From NCBI RefSeq assembly GCF_963921235.1, contig NC_086097.1, positions 155,560,001-155,624,000 on the forward strand: 64,000 nucleotides of DNA, in the 5' to 3' direction. Numbering within the stretch: position 1 is the stretch's first letter; each line of letters starts with the position of its first letter. Both the position numbers and the translations under genes were made by a program. The stretch comes from Mobula hypostoma (taxonomy: Eukaryota). The notes beneath the pieces are model-generated. The model saw nothing but the letters and a program-made list of their open reading frames with translations, was not told the origin of the DNA and made no database searches. Below are positions 36,813-48,845 of this stretch, in pieces.

Positions 36813-38039
36813 AAACCAGATTACATCAAAAGAGAGAGAAAAGGATAATGGAAGAAAGATAACAGCATGTGACAGAAGAAGTAGGATGGGGCACTTGCAG
36901 TGTAATAAATGCAGATATAAAAATTAATTTTTAAAAATTAATGGTTTTCTTTTACTTATATATGAACACACTAATATATGAATTATGAGCAGAAGCAGAC
37001 TATTTGACTCCTTAAACTACCCCATTACTGAATATGGTCATGGATAATCTCAGTGTAACATCAGCTCTGCATTGCTGTCTACCCCCATGATCGGAGGGGT
37101 CTCTCTCCTGATCGTCAAGGATCTATCTACATCTCGTTAAATATGTGAAAAGACTGCTTCTTTCATCCTTTGAGAAATAGAGTTCTAAAGACCAAAAGCT
37201 TTCTGACTGAATGACCACACCTCTGTCTTAAATGGAAGAAATTTGACCTTTAAGTTGCCGGCAGCATGGCCCTGAACCCTGTGCAGTAGCCAGCTCCTAG
37301 TGAAAGGTGTAATCCACTGTATAGACAATTTAAATGTCAGCCCAGATTGAGGCAAGAACTCGCTCTCCAGAATGTTCACTCTTCTCTCCAGGGTGCTGGA
37401 GCCTTTTGCTGTTCCATTGTTTGTTCAATTTAAACACCGGCTCAGATAGACTGAAAAGACAGCGTGTTGAGATCTGAGGTGAGAGCCGATTTTACTCGTT
37501 CTCCGTGATGGGCACTCCTCTCTCCATGGCACTGGGGCAATGAAGACAGCGCCGGCTGCTGTGCTCCATGCCTGCTAAGTTGATGAACATAACCGAGGCT
37601 TTGGGCCTACTCTGGGCTGCTCTAGGGTTCGGATCTGAAGACTCAATTCGGTTGAGAATGCTGTTAGTCGCTTTAAATGTTTGTATGATTTGTGTTTTCT
37701 TTCCCCTTTCTTTTGCGCATTGGCTGTGATCTTTTATTTTTTTAATGTAATGCTGCTACAAAACAAGAAATTTCACAACATATGTCAGTGATACTAAAAT
37801 TGATTATGAATCTAATTCTGCTAGGTCACCTGAGCCTCTACGGGATATCTGAACATATTGTAAGCATTTTTTCATCAACTTGTACAGTGATAATGTTGGG
37901 CTAGAATCTCACATCTGCATTTGTCTGGGATCCGAGTTTGACAAATTTCTTCAGTGATGAACAGAGGGGAGTATCCTAACTGTCTGCGTGCTGGTCTGAT
38001 ATGGAAACACAGGCCCAGGCACAGAAAAGTTGACTAAAA

Positions 38040-38510
38040 ATTGTGCATACATCCCAGTCTATCACAGGCAAGGCCCTCCTCACAATTGAGTACATTTACA
38101 AGGAGTGCTGTCACAAGAAAGCAACATCCCCACTATCAAGGGTCCCCCACCATCCGGGCCATATTCTCTGTTTGCTATTATCACCGGCCAGGATGTACAG
38201 GAGCTTTAGGTCCGAACACTAGGTTTAGGAACAGTTATTACGTTACAACCATCAGATGTGCATAATTTTACTCACTTCTGAACTGATTCCATGCAAACAG
38301 ACTCACTTTCAAGAACTCTACAATTCATGTTCTCAAAATTCTTTTTATTATTTGTACAATTTGTCTTCTTTTGCACACTGGCTGTTTGTCAGTCTTCATC
38401 TGTGTATATTGTTTGATATTTTTTGTTTACTTTTATTTTTCTGTAAACACCTGCAAGAAAATGGCCCTCAAGGTCGTATATGGTGACATATATAGACTTT
38501 GATAGTACTG
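38040..38510 (+). mobile_element. Rex1/Babar-like LINE 3' fragment
   Basis: 'aggtttaggaacagttatta', 'gtacaggagc'; homologous to the reverse complement of 60500-61050. Confidence 0.7.
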
Positions 38511-38899
38511 TGCATTTTCTTGAATTTGATTTTGAGTCAACTTATTGTTGGCTGAGACTCGCTTCCTGTACCCTTACACCACAGATCGACAAGGAACTGT
38601 GGGGTTGAAAGAAAACGAGGTGTTGGTGGAGTTTCAACACCAGGAATGGGAATCTACATATATGGTGTCCCCAAGGCAGATACTGTGTGGGGTTACATGC
38701 TAATGTAACTCTAACCCGAACTGAAATGTAACTAACTTTAACTCTAGAGTGAACTTTTAATACTGAGCAGAACACTTTCCATTTTACAAGGTTTATTTGC
38801 TGAATTGACAGTTTCTCAGTAACTTGGAAGTTTGACCAACTGAATATGGAGTCAGGACTTCTGTACCTTCAAATAAAATGTTAAAGGGACTGTAATGTC

Positions 38900-39345
38900 T
38901 ACACCAAACTACACAGTGTTAAGTTCGTACAAGTCCATAGATCCTTGAAGGTGGCCACACAGGTAAATATTGTGGTTAGGAAGACATATAAGATACTGTC
39001 CCTCAGGACAATGAATGCAGAAGTAGAAAGGTTATGCTCCAACTTTATAAAACCTTCTTTGACCTCAGCTGGAATACTGAGTACAGTTGTAGTAATCATG
39101 CTATAAGAAGGATGGTATAGCACTGGAGAGAGTACAGGTGATAATGACCAGGATGTTGTTTGAGATGGAGCTGATTAGTTAAGAGGAAGAGTGAGGTAGT
39201 TTCTCACTGGAGGAGTATATGAAAGGGAATAACTGAAGTTATAAAATTACAAGGGTATAGATAGGATAGATAGCAAGAAGCTTGTCCCTATATGAGAAGC
39301 AGATAAAATTGGAGGACACAGATTTAGGGTAAGGTGTAAGAGATT
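38900..39345 (+). mobile_element. Old degraded CR1 3' fragment (resumes at ~40410-40620)
   Basis: Decayed CR1 motifs 'tccttgaaggtggccacacaggta', 'ctggagagagtacag', 'ggatagcaagaagctt'. Confidence 0.65.
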
Positions 39346-39351
39346 TATCCA

Positions 39352-40410
39352 TATATAACCATATAATAATTACAGCACGGAAACAGGCCATCTCGGCCCT
39401 TCTTGTCCGTGCCGAACTCTTACTCTCACCTAGTCCCACCGACCTGCACTCAGCCCATAACCCTCCATTCCTTTCCTGTCCATATATCTATCCAATTTAA
39501 CTTTAAACAACAACATTGAACCTGCCTCAACCACTTCTGCTGGAAGCTCGTTCCACACAGCTACTACTCTCTGACTAAAGAAGTTCCCCCTCATGTTACC
39601 CCTAAACTTTTGCTCTTTAACTCTCAACTCATGTCCTGTCCTCTTGTTTGAATCTCCCCCACTCTCAATGGAAAAAGTCTATCCACATCAACTCTATCAA
39701 TCCCCCTCATAATTTTAAACACCTCTATCGAGTCCCCCCTCAACCTTCTACGCTCCAAAGAATAAAGACCTAACTTGTTCAACCTTTCTCTGTAACTTAG
39801 GAGATGAAACCCAGGCAACATTTTAGTAAATCTCCTCTGTACTCTCTCCATTTTATGGACATCTTTCTGATAATTCGGTGACCAGAACTGTACACAATAC
39901 TCTAAATTTGGCCTTACCAATGCCTTATACAATTTCAACATTACATCCCAACTCCTATACTCAATGTTCTGATTAAAAAAGGCCAGCATAGCAAAAGCAT
40001 CCTTCACCACCCTATCCACATGAGATTCCACCTTCAGGGAACTATGCACCATTATTCCTAGATCCCTCTGCTCTACTGCATTCTTCAATGCCCTACCATT
40101 TACCATGTATGTCCTATTTTGATTAGTCCTACCAAAATGTAGCACCTCACATTTTTCAGCATTAAATTCCATCTGCCATCTTTCAGCCCACTCTTCTAAC
40201 TGGCCTAAATCTCTCTGCAAGCTTTGAAAACCTACTTCATTATCCACAACGCCACCTATCTTAGTATCATCTGCATACTTACTAATCCAATTTACCACCC
40301 CATCATCCAGATTATTAATATATATGACAAACAACATTGGACCCAGTACAGATCCCTGAGGCACACCACAAGTCACCGTCCTCCAATCTGACACACAGTT
40401 ATCCACCACT
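39352..40410 (-). mobile_element. Young 5'-truncated CR1 LINE
   Basis: ORF 39624-40409: GVPQGSVLGPMLF, KYADDTK, LEYCVQFWSP; one frameshift to 39430-39627; tail repeat 'ataaccatataa'. Confidence 0.95.
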
Positions 40411-41389
40411 GTGACAGCATATGAGGCGAATCTTAGCTGTAGGATGGTGAGTGACTGGAAGGCACTAAGAAAATGACTGAAGCTGAGTCACTAACAGCAT
40501 TTAAGAAGTGTCTAGATGTGTATCTGAACCGAGTCTGGAAGAAGAAGGGTGATCACTGGTTAGCACGAGCAATTACAATTGATTTGCATGTTTCCATACT
40601 GTACGAGTCCATGATTCTCTGACTTCAGTCTTGAAAATCTAACATTCAATCATAAGTAAAAGGCTGCAAGGGATCCTGAGGTGTATATATATTATTACAA
40701 TGACTTTCTCATCTCAACAGAAACTGCTGAGGGTGGTATTTAGTGTAGTGGAATCACTAATGGGATCTAGTGTAGATGTATTTTTATGTATGATCTACTG
40801 TCCAATGAGAAGGCAGAAGGACCTGTCTGCATGATGACGGAAACAATGAAGCAGCAGCTGTTGGACGAAGTATCCAGATGGCCCAGAGTTCTTGGCCTAT
40901 ATTGTTTCGTCCTTTGCACAGAGCTATCCTTCATTCCACCACGGTATTCCACGGCTGAGATATTATGAATTGCCATCTGTACACATGTTACTGAGTTTGA
41001 TTCTACATAGTCTATTCGTTTCTAATTACTCTTTATCTCAGAGACAGGGCTGTCCTTTATATAGCTGGACTAAGGAAGACCATGAAAGGAAAGGAGAAGA
41101 ACCAGATGATGTGGTATAATTCACATGATTAGAAGAGGCTGCTACCACATATTTTCAGGAGCCATAGAGAGTTTGTGGAAGCACTAGGAGATGGGACCGG
41201 CAAGGTGAAGATTGGCATCAGAGTTTCATATATGTAGATAGTTTTGTGTATGCATATGATACACAAAGTGAAGGTAATTGAGAACATAAGGTACAAGACA
41301 AACATACAGTTGAATTACAAATGTTTCCTGTGACACAGCCAAAACTGAACCAATGATAAGACAAATGAGATTCAGAAAGACAAGTCTAT

Positions 41390-43810
41390 TGAAATTCCTT
41401 TAGAAAATAACAGGCAGGATAGACGAAGGAGAGTCAGTAGATATTGTCTTCTTGGATTTTCAGAAGGCCCTTGACAAGGTGCTGCACATGAGGCTGCTAA
41501 ACAAGATAAGATAAGAGCTCATGGTATTACAAGAAAGATACTAGCATGGATAGAAGATTGGCTGACTGGCAGGAGGTAAAAAAATGGGAATAAATAGGGC
41601 TTTTTCTGATCGGCTGCCTGTGCCTAGCAGCGTTCCACAGTGGGACTGCTTCTTTTCACGTTACATGTCAAAGAATTGGATGATAGAATTGTGGCCAAGT
41701 TTGGAGGCGATACAAAGGTAGGTTGAGAGGTAGGCAGAGTTGAGGAACATAGAAGAGAGAACATGGGAGTCTACAGTAGAATAAAGGCCCTTTGGCCCAG
41801 ATGTTGTGCCAACCATGTAACCTACTCTAGAAACTGCCTATACACTCCCTACCATATAGACTTCTATTTTTCTAAGCTCCATGTCCCTATCTAAGGGTCT
41901 CTTAAAAGATCCTTTTGTATCTGCCTCTACCACTGTCACTGGCAGTGCATTCTATGCACCCACAACTCTCTGTGTGTAAAACTCACCTCTGAAGTAGGGA
42001 AATGCAGAAGGACTTGGACAGATTGTGGGAATGGACCAAGAAATAGTAGATGGAATACAGTGTAGGAAAGTGTATGATCATGCACTTTGTTAAAAGGAAT
42101 AAAGACAGGGACATTTCCTCAATGGGCAGCAAATGCAGAAATCAGGGGTGCAAGGGGACTTGGGATTCTTAGTGTAGGATTCCCTAAAGGTTAACATGCA
42201 GACTGAATCCATAGTAAGGGAGGCAAGTGCAATGTTAGCATTCATTTTGAGAGGGCCAGATTATAAAAGAAACCATGTAGTGCTGAGATTTTTAAGGCAT
42301 TGATAATAGCACACTTGAAATATTGTGAGTAGTTTTGAGCTGCTTATCAAAGACCAATCAGTTCCCCTCCACCACCACTCTCCTCTGTCTAGTGGAACTT
42401 GTCCTCACTCTTAATAATTTCTCCTTTGTCTCCTCCTATATCCTTCAAACAGAAGGTGTAGCCATGGGTACTTGCATGCGACACCTGCCCCTGCACCTCC
42501 TACGCCACTACCCAAACAGTCCTTGCAGGTGAGGTGACACTTCACCTGTGAGTCTTTTGGGGTCATATACTGTGTCTAGTACTCCTAGTGTGGCCTCCTG
42601 TATATCAGTGAGACCCGACGTAGATTGGGAGACTACTTCGCTGAGTACTTACACTCTGTCTGCCAGAAGAAGTGGGACCTTCCTATGGCCACCTATTTTA
42701 ATTCCACTTCCTATTCCCATTCCAATATGTCAATCCATGGCCTCTACTGTCATGATGAGGCACACTCAGGTTGAAAGAACAACATCGCCCGGGTAGCCTC
42801 CAACCTGATGGCTTGAACATCGATTTCTTGAACTTCCAGTATTGCACCGCCACCCCTCCTTCACCATTCCCCATCCCCTTTCCCTCTCTCACCTTATCTG
42901 CTTGCCTGCCCGTCAGCTTTCTCTGGTGCTTTTCCCCCACTTTGCTTTCTTCCATGGCCTGATGTCCTCTCCTATTAGGTTCCCCCTTCTCCAGCCCTGT
43001 ATATCTTTTATCAATCAACTTCCCAGCTCTTTACTTCATCCCTCCCCCACCCTCCTGGTTTCACATATCACCTCGTGTTTCTCTCTCCCCTCTCCCACCT
43101 TTTAAATACTCATCATCTTTTTTTTCTCCATTCCTGCCAAAGGGTTTTGAACCAGAGTGTTGACTGCACTTTTTTCCATAAATATTGCCTGGCCTTCTGA
43201 GCTTCTCCAGCATTTTGTATGTATTTCTAAGAAAGGAAGTTCTGGGATTTGAAAGGGTCAAAGAAGGTTCATGAGAATGATTCTGGGAATGAAACGGTTG
43301 ATGGAATTCATTGTCATAGGTGTCTGTAAAGGCCAGGGCATAAGGTGCATTTAAAGTGAAGGCTGATAGATTATTGACTAGTCAGAGTGTGAAAGGTTAC
43401 AGGAAGAAGGCAGGAGAATGGAGTTGAGAGGGAAAATGAATTAGACATGATGAAATGGTGGAGCAGACTCGATTGGCTGAATGGCCTAATTCAGTTCTTA
43501 TTTCTTACAGTCTTATGGTCTAATACAAGAACAGCCCTTTTGAAAAGAGATGAGTTGAATTTCTTTAGCCGGAGGGTGGCAAATCTCTTGTATTCATTGC
43601 CATAGACAGCTATGTAGGTCAAGTCATTGGGTATATTTAAAGCGGTGGTTGATAGGTTGTTAATTAGAAAGGGTGTTGAAGGTTATGGGAGCATGCAGAA
43701 GTATGGGGTTGTCGGCTATAATAAATCAGACATAATGGAATGGCGGGGCACAGCTGTTGAGCCAAATGGCTGATTTCTACTCCCATGTCTTATGTTTTTA
43801 TGGTCTTATG
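41390..43810 (+). mobile_element. Old CR1 RT/3' fragments interrupted by a minus-strand CR1 tail (~41750-41990) and a Penelope copy
   Basis: 'ttggattttcagaaggcccttgacaaggtg' (LDFQKAxDKV), 'gccaagtttggaggcgatacaaag', two CR1 3' UTRs at ~43300-43520 and ~43540-43810. Confidence 0.8.
42350..43225 (+). mobile_element. Older, internally deleted Penelope copy
   Basis: LVELVLTLNNFSF..GVAMGT joined directly to the GIY-YIG region homologous to 31075-31405, then a pLTR. Confidence 0.88.
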
Positions 43811-44619
43811 AGTGGATGACACAACTTTCAGGAAAGTTGATACAGCAGAAATGAGGACATGTAGGTAGGATACTTCAAAGATGACTAATGCTCCTTTGCT
43901 TTTGAGGAAATCTCCTAGGCAAAGTGACCAAAAGATAGAGTTGTATTTTTGGAATTTTATATACAATTATTTATCGTATTGTATCACTTTTTATGTGCAA
44001 ATAGTAATGAGTCTGAATAGCTTAATTTGTTTTTCTGAAAAGAAAGCAGTGTTAGAATACAAATACCCTTAAGAAATGAATATATTAAATGCCATGATTT
44101 TGATACATTCTTATGCAGAATAATCCCTGCAAACATAACTGATTTATTGCTAAAGAAAGGAAAATTGGAGAACTAGAGGCTAATTATTTCAGATCTGTTA
44201 TTGAAGAAATTTTAGAAGCCATCATTAAAGACATAGCAGGCAATAAGAAAATAGATTACAGTTTTCAAGCAACATCAGTGTGGTTTGTGGAAGGGAGATC
44301 ACATCTTGATCAATTTTGAATCAGTATCAGAATCAAGTTTATCATCATAGACAACTGTCATGACACTTGTTGTTTTGTGTAAGTAGTACAGTGAAACATA
44401 AACAATTCCCGTATAAAAATAAAGAGTGCAAAGGAGGAATAGCGAGGTGGTGTTTGTGGGTTCACAGACCATTCAGAAATCTGATGACAGAGGAGAAAAG
44501 GTTGTTCTTAAAATGTTGCATGTGGATCTTCAAGTTCTTGTGCATCCTCCCAGATAATAGTAATGATAAGCGGGCATGTCCCGGATGGTGAGGGTCCTTA
44601 TGTATATATCTACCTCTCT

Positions 44620-45530
44620 ATCTACCTATTTATTTATTTGTCACGTGTATATTGAAACATTGAAATATACAGTGAAATGTGTCACTTTGCATTCAACAAC
44701 AAATACAGTCCAAGGATATGCTGGGGCAGCCTGCAAGTGTCGTCACACTTCCAGTGCTAATATAACATGCCTACAACTCACTAACCCTAACCATGCTAAT
44801 ATAACATGCCTACAACTCACTAACCCTAACCATGCTAATATAACATGCCTACAACTCACTAACCCTAACCATGCTAATATAACATGCCTACAACTCACTA
44901 ACCCTAACCATGCTAATATAACATGCCTACAACTCACTAACCCTAACCATGCTAATATAACATGCCTACAACTCACTAACCCTAACCATGCTAATATAAC
45001 ATGCCTACAACTCACTAACCCTAACCATGCTAATATAACATGCCTACAACTCACTAACCCTAACCATGCTAATATAACATGCCTACAACTCACTAACCCT
45101 AACCATGCTAATATAACATGCCTACAACTCACTAACCCTAACCATGCTAATATAACATGCCTACAACTCACTAACCCTAACCATGCTAATATAACATGCC
45201 TACAACTCACTAACCCTAACCATGCTAATATAACATGCCTACAACTCACTAACCCTAACCATGCTAATATAACATGCCTACAACTCACTAACCCTAACCA
45301 TGCTAATATAACATGCCTACAACTCACTAACCCTAACCATGCTAATATAACATGCCTACAACTCACTAACCCTAACCATTTGTGTTTGGAAGGTGGGAGG
45401 AAACCCACAAAGTCACAGGGGCGGGGGGAAGTACAAACACCTTACTGCAGACAGCAGTGGGAATTAAACCCTGATTGATGAGCACCGGCACTGTAAAGCA
45501 ATGTGCTAACTGCAATGCCGCCTATGCTAT
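44620..45530 (-). mobile_element. V-SINE-like element carrying an internal minisatellite expansion
   Basis: Flanks of the array align with uninterrupted copies at 56705-57042 and, in reverse, 22824-23090. Confidence 0.8.
44755..45378. repeat. Perfect minisatellite, 16 x 39 bp (TGCTAATATAACATGCCTACAACTCACTAACCCTAACCA)
   Basis: 624 bp = 16 x 39; no unit variation seen; ANITCLQLTNPNH repeats in the ORF track. Confidence 0.97.
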
Positions 45531-46399
45531 TACAGCCCTTAATGACGAATGCTGCTTTCTTGAGGTGCTGCGCTTTAAAGTGCCCTCAATGGTGCAGAAA
45601 TTTGTACCCATTATGGAGCTTGCTTGTCTACAACTCTCTGCAGCCTCTTTTGATCCTGTGGATCATGGTCTCCTTGAAATTATTGGAGTTCTTTAAAGCA
45701 GTAACATGAATTATGGGAAACCAGTGGATGTATAAGATTTCTAGAAAGCATTTAATTAGTTGTCAAACAGGACACAGTGTAACGAGTAGTGTGCCACAGG
45801 GTACTGACATCACAACTTTATATAATTTGTACAAATAATTTGGATGGTTGCAAAATATAAGGGGACTTCAGGAGGCCTCAAAGTTTAATATAGATATGTC
45901 AAATGAGTGAACAGAAATTTGGCAAATGGAGTAGAACCATAGAGTTATGTCGAAACAAAACAGGCCTTTTAATCCGTCTTGTCTCTGGTAACCATCAAGT
46001 ACCATTTACAGTAAGCCAATTAAAAGCACAGTTTAATATTATTGAGGAACATATGAATTTGTCCATTTTGGACAAAAAACACTGTCTCAAGGGTGAGAGA
46101 GTGCAGAGGTCAAGGATGCATAGGAAATGGATGTCATAGGGGCTGTTCCACAAAGCACTAAAACACAGGCACTGCAAATAATGCAGCTTTCTGAAACAGT
46201 ATGTTATTTCCAGGGAAACTCAATACCAAATTAGGGAGATTAATTTTCAGTTATGGAGGGCATTGGTGATTCTACATTTATAGTACTGGGTACAATACTG
46301 TTTTTCTTATTTAAAAAAGGATATTAGTGCATCGGAAGCTGTTCAGAGAATGTTTATAAAATAGGTATTTTAAAATTTAGAAATACAGCATGGAACAAG

Positions 46400-47510
46400 T
46401 ACTTCATACTTATACTTTATACTTTATTGTCACCAAACAATTGATACTAGAACGTACAATCATCACAGCGATATTTGATTCTGCACTTCCCGCTCCCTGG
46501 ATTACAAATCGATAGGAAATATTAAAAATGTAAATTGTAAATCATAAATAGAAAATAGAAAATGGAAAGTAAGGTGGTGCAAAAAAACCGAGAGGCAGGT
46601 CCGGATATTTGGAGAGTATGGCCCAGATCCGGGTCAGGATCCATTCAGCAGTCTTATCACAGTTGGAAAGAAGCTGTTCCCAAATCTGGCCGTACGAGTC
46701 TTCAAGCTCCTGAATCTTCTCCCGGAGGGAAGAGGGACGAAAAGTGTGTTGGCTGAGTGGGTCGTGTCCTTGATTATCCTGGCAGCACTGCTCCAACAGC
46801 GTGAGGTATAAAGTAAGTCCAAGGACGGAAGATTGGTTTGTGTGATGTGCTGCGCTGTGTTCACGATCTTCTGCAGCTTCTTAGAGTCATAGAGTGATAG
46901 AAAAGTACAGCACAGAATCAGGCCATTTGGCCCATCTAGTCTGTGCCGAACCATTTAAACCGCCTACTCCCATTGACCTGCACTGATACCATGTACCTAT
47001 CCAAACTTCTCTTAAGTGTTAAAATTGAGCTCACATACATTACTTGTGCTGGCAGCTTGTTCCACACTCTCACCACCCTCTGAGTGAAGAAGTTTCCCCC
47101 TCAGGTTTCTCTTAAACATTTCACCTTTCACCTTTAACCCATAACATCTAGTTGTAGTCCCATCCAACCTCTGTGGAAAAAGCCTGTTTGCATTGACCCT
47201 AGGTCACCCTCAGTCCAGGTAATAAAGATTCAAATTAATTTATTAGTTCATCACACGTACAGCAAACCATGCAGTGAAAAGTGTTGTTTGTGTTAACAAT
47301 CGACACCACTGGTCTTGGACAGGACAACTTCCAAACCAGGTTGTGATGCACCCTAGAAGAATGCTTTTTATGGTGCATCTATAAAAATTAGTGAGGGTTT
47401 TAGGGGACAGGCCAAATTTCTTTCGTTTTCTCAGGAATTAAAGGCGCTGGTGGGCCTTCTTTGCAGTGGACTCTGCTTGGTTGGTCCAAGTCAGGTCATT
47501 TGTGATATAT
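46400..47510 (-). mobile_element. Rex1/Babar-like LINE 3' part interrupted by a CR1 tail (~46884-47200) and a SINE piece
   Basis: KKLQKIVNTAQHIT..LPSGRRFRSLKTRTARFGNSFFPTVIRLLN; the upstream part continues at 47310-47510; tail 'actttatactttat'. Confidence 0.8.
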
Positions 47511-48845
47511 AACTAAAATAAAAACACAGAAGTTGATAAACACGCGGAAAATATAAGAGGAACTCATGGGTCAGACAGCATCTATAGAAGGGATATAAAC
47601 AATTAAAGTTTCAGGCTAAGACCCTTCATCATGATTTAGTTAATTGCCTTACGAGGAAAAGTTGATTGGCTCAGTTTGAACTGGCTGACGATTTGACTCC
47701 TGAGAAGCGACTACATTGAAGTATGTAAGACCCTGAAGATTTTGGCAGGGTGGGTGTGGTCTTCCAGATTGAAATTTAAAAGTAATGGTCAATACTTCAA
47801 AATAAGAATATATCCATTTAAATTACAAATGGTCATAACACATTGGTACATTCTTCTTGAAAGATCATGAGGAGCAGAATATCTGAATATTTTTAAGGTA
47901 GAGGTAAATAGATACCTAATTAAGTAGAAGATGTAAGTTATTGTGGGCAGACAGAAATGCAGAGATGAATATGATCAGCCATGATCTTATTAAATGCAAA
48001 GCAGGCTCAAAGGATCAAAGGACCTATTCCTGTTCTGGATTTGTAATTTGCACACTACTGTTCAGCTCAATAAAGTATAGTCTGTCTGTACAGTCACTTT
48101 GCTGAATTGCCTGTGTCTGCAGCCCCACGAAGAAAGCCAGAGGCATCACACTAATTAACTGGTAACTTGATAAATAGGTTTATTATTATTACATATCCTG
48201 AGCTATAGTAAGATCTTTGTTTTGCATGCCATCCATAAACATTATTTCATTACAACAGTGGATTGAAGTAGTATGAGGAAAACAACAATAGCGTGCAGAA
48301 TTAACAGAGAAAGCGAAGTGCAGGCAGGAAAATAAGATGCAAGACCATAATGGGGTAGATTTTGAGGTCAATAGTCCATCTTATTGTACTAAGGACAATT
48401 TCTACCGATGTAAAGTTCTACCTACAATTAAACTCTGATAAACCACTATCCAGTGCTACAGAAATCTTTGACATCTGGCTCATGTTTCTTACACCCCAAG
48501 ATTCACCATATCCCTCAGGATTTTATGTAAATCATTTCTTACGTTTCTGCTCACATCCACCAGTCCCTGCCTTCCCCCAAGATTTACCAAGCCTTGGTTT
48601 CTATATTCCCCCTGACTCACAAGTTTCCAATCTTTCATGAGATATATCGAGTTTCCTGCTCCAGCACTCCCCTGAGACTAATCAGTCTCCACTCTCCTCC
48701 AAATTCCCATGCTTCCACAAATCTCACACAAGGCTCACTGATCCTCATAGTCCCCTCAGAATCACTGGGCAGGCCTTCACTCTCTCAAAGCTCACCAGAG
48801 GCTGTGTTCTCCACAATCTTACCAAATTCAGTGAAGAATTTATTA

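Noticed and set aside
44755..45378. CRISPR array or true telomere
   Set aside because: Units are contiguous and identical with no unique spacers, there are no cas genes and the context is eukaryotic; only one perfect CCCTAA occurs per 39 bp.
44576..45478. 300-aa and 221-aa repeat-protein ORFs
   Set aside because: They result from a stop-free 39-bp unit inside a SINE; there is no independent coding evidence.
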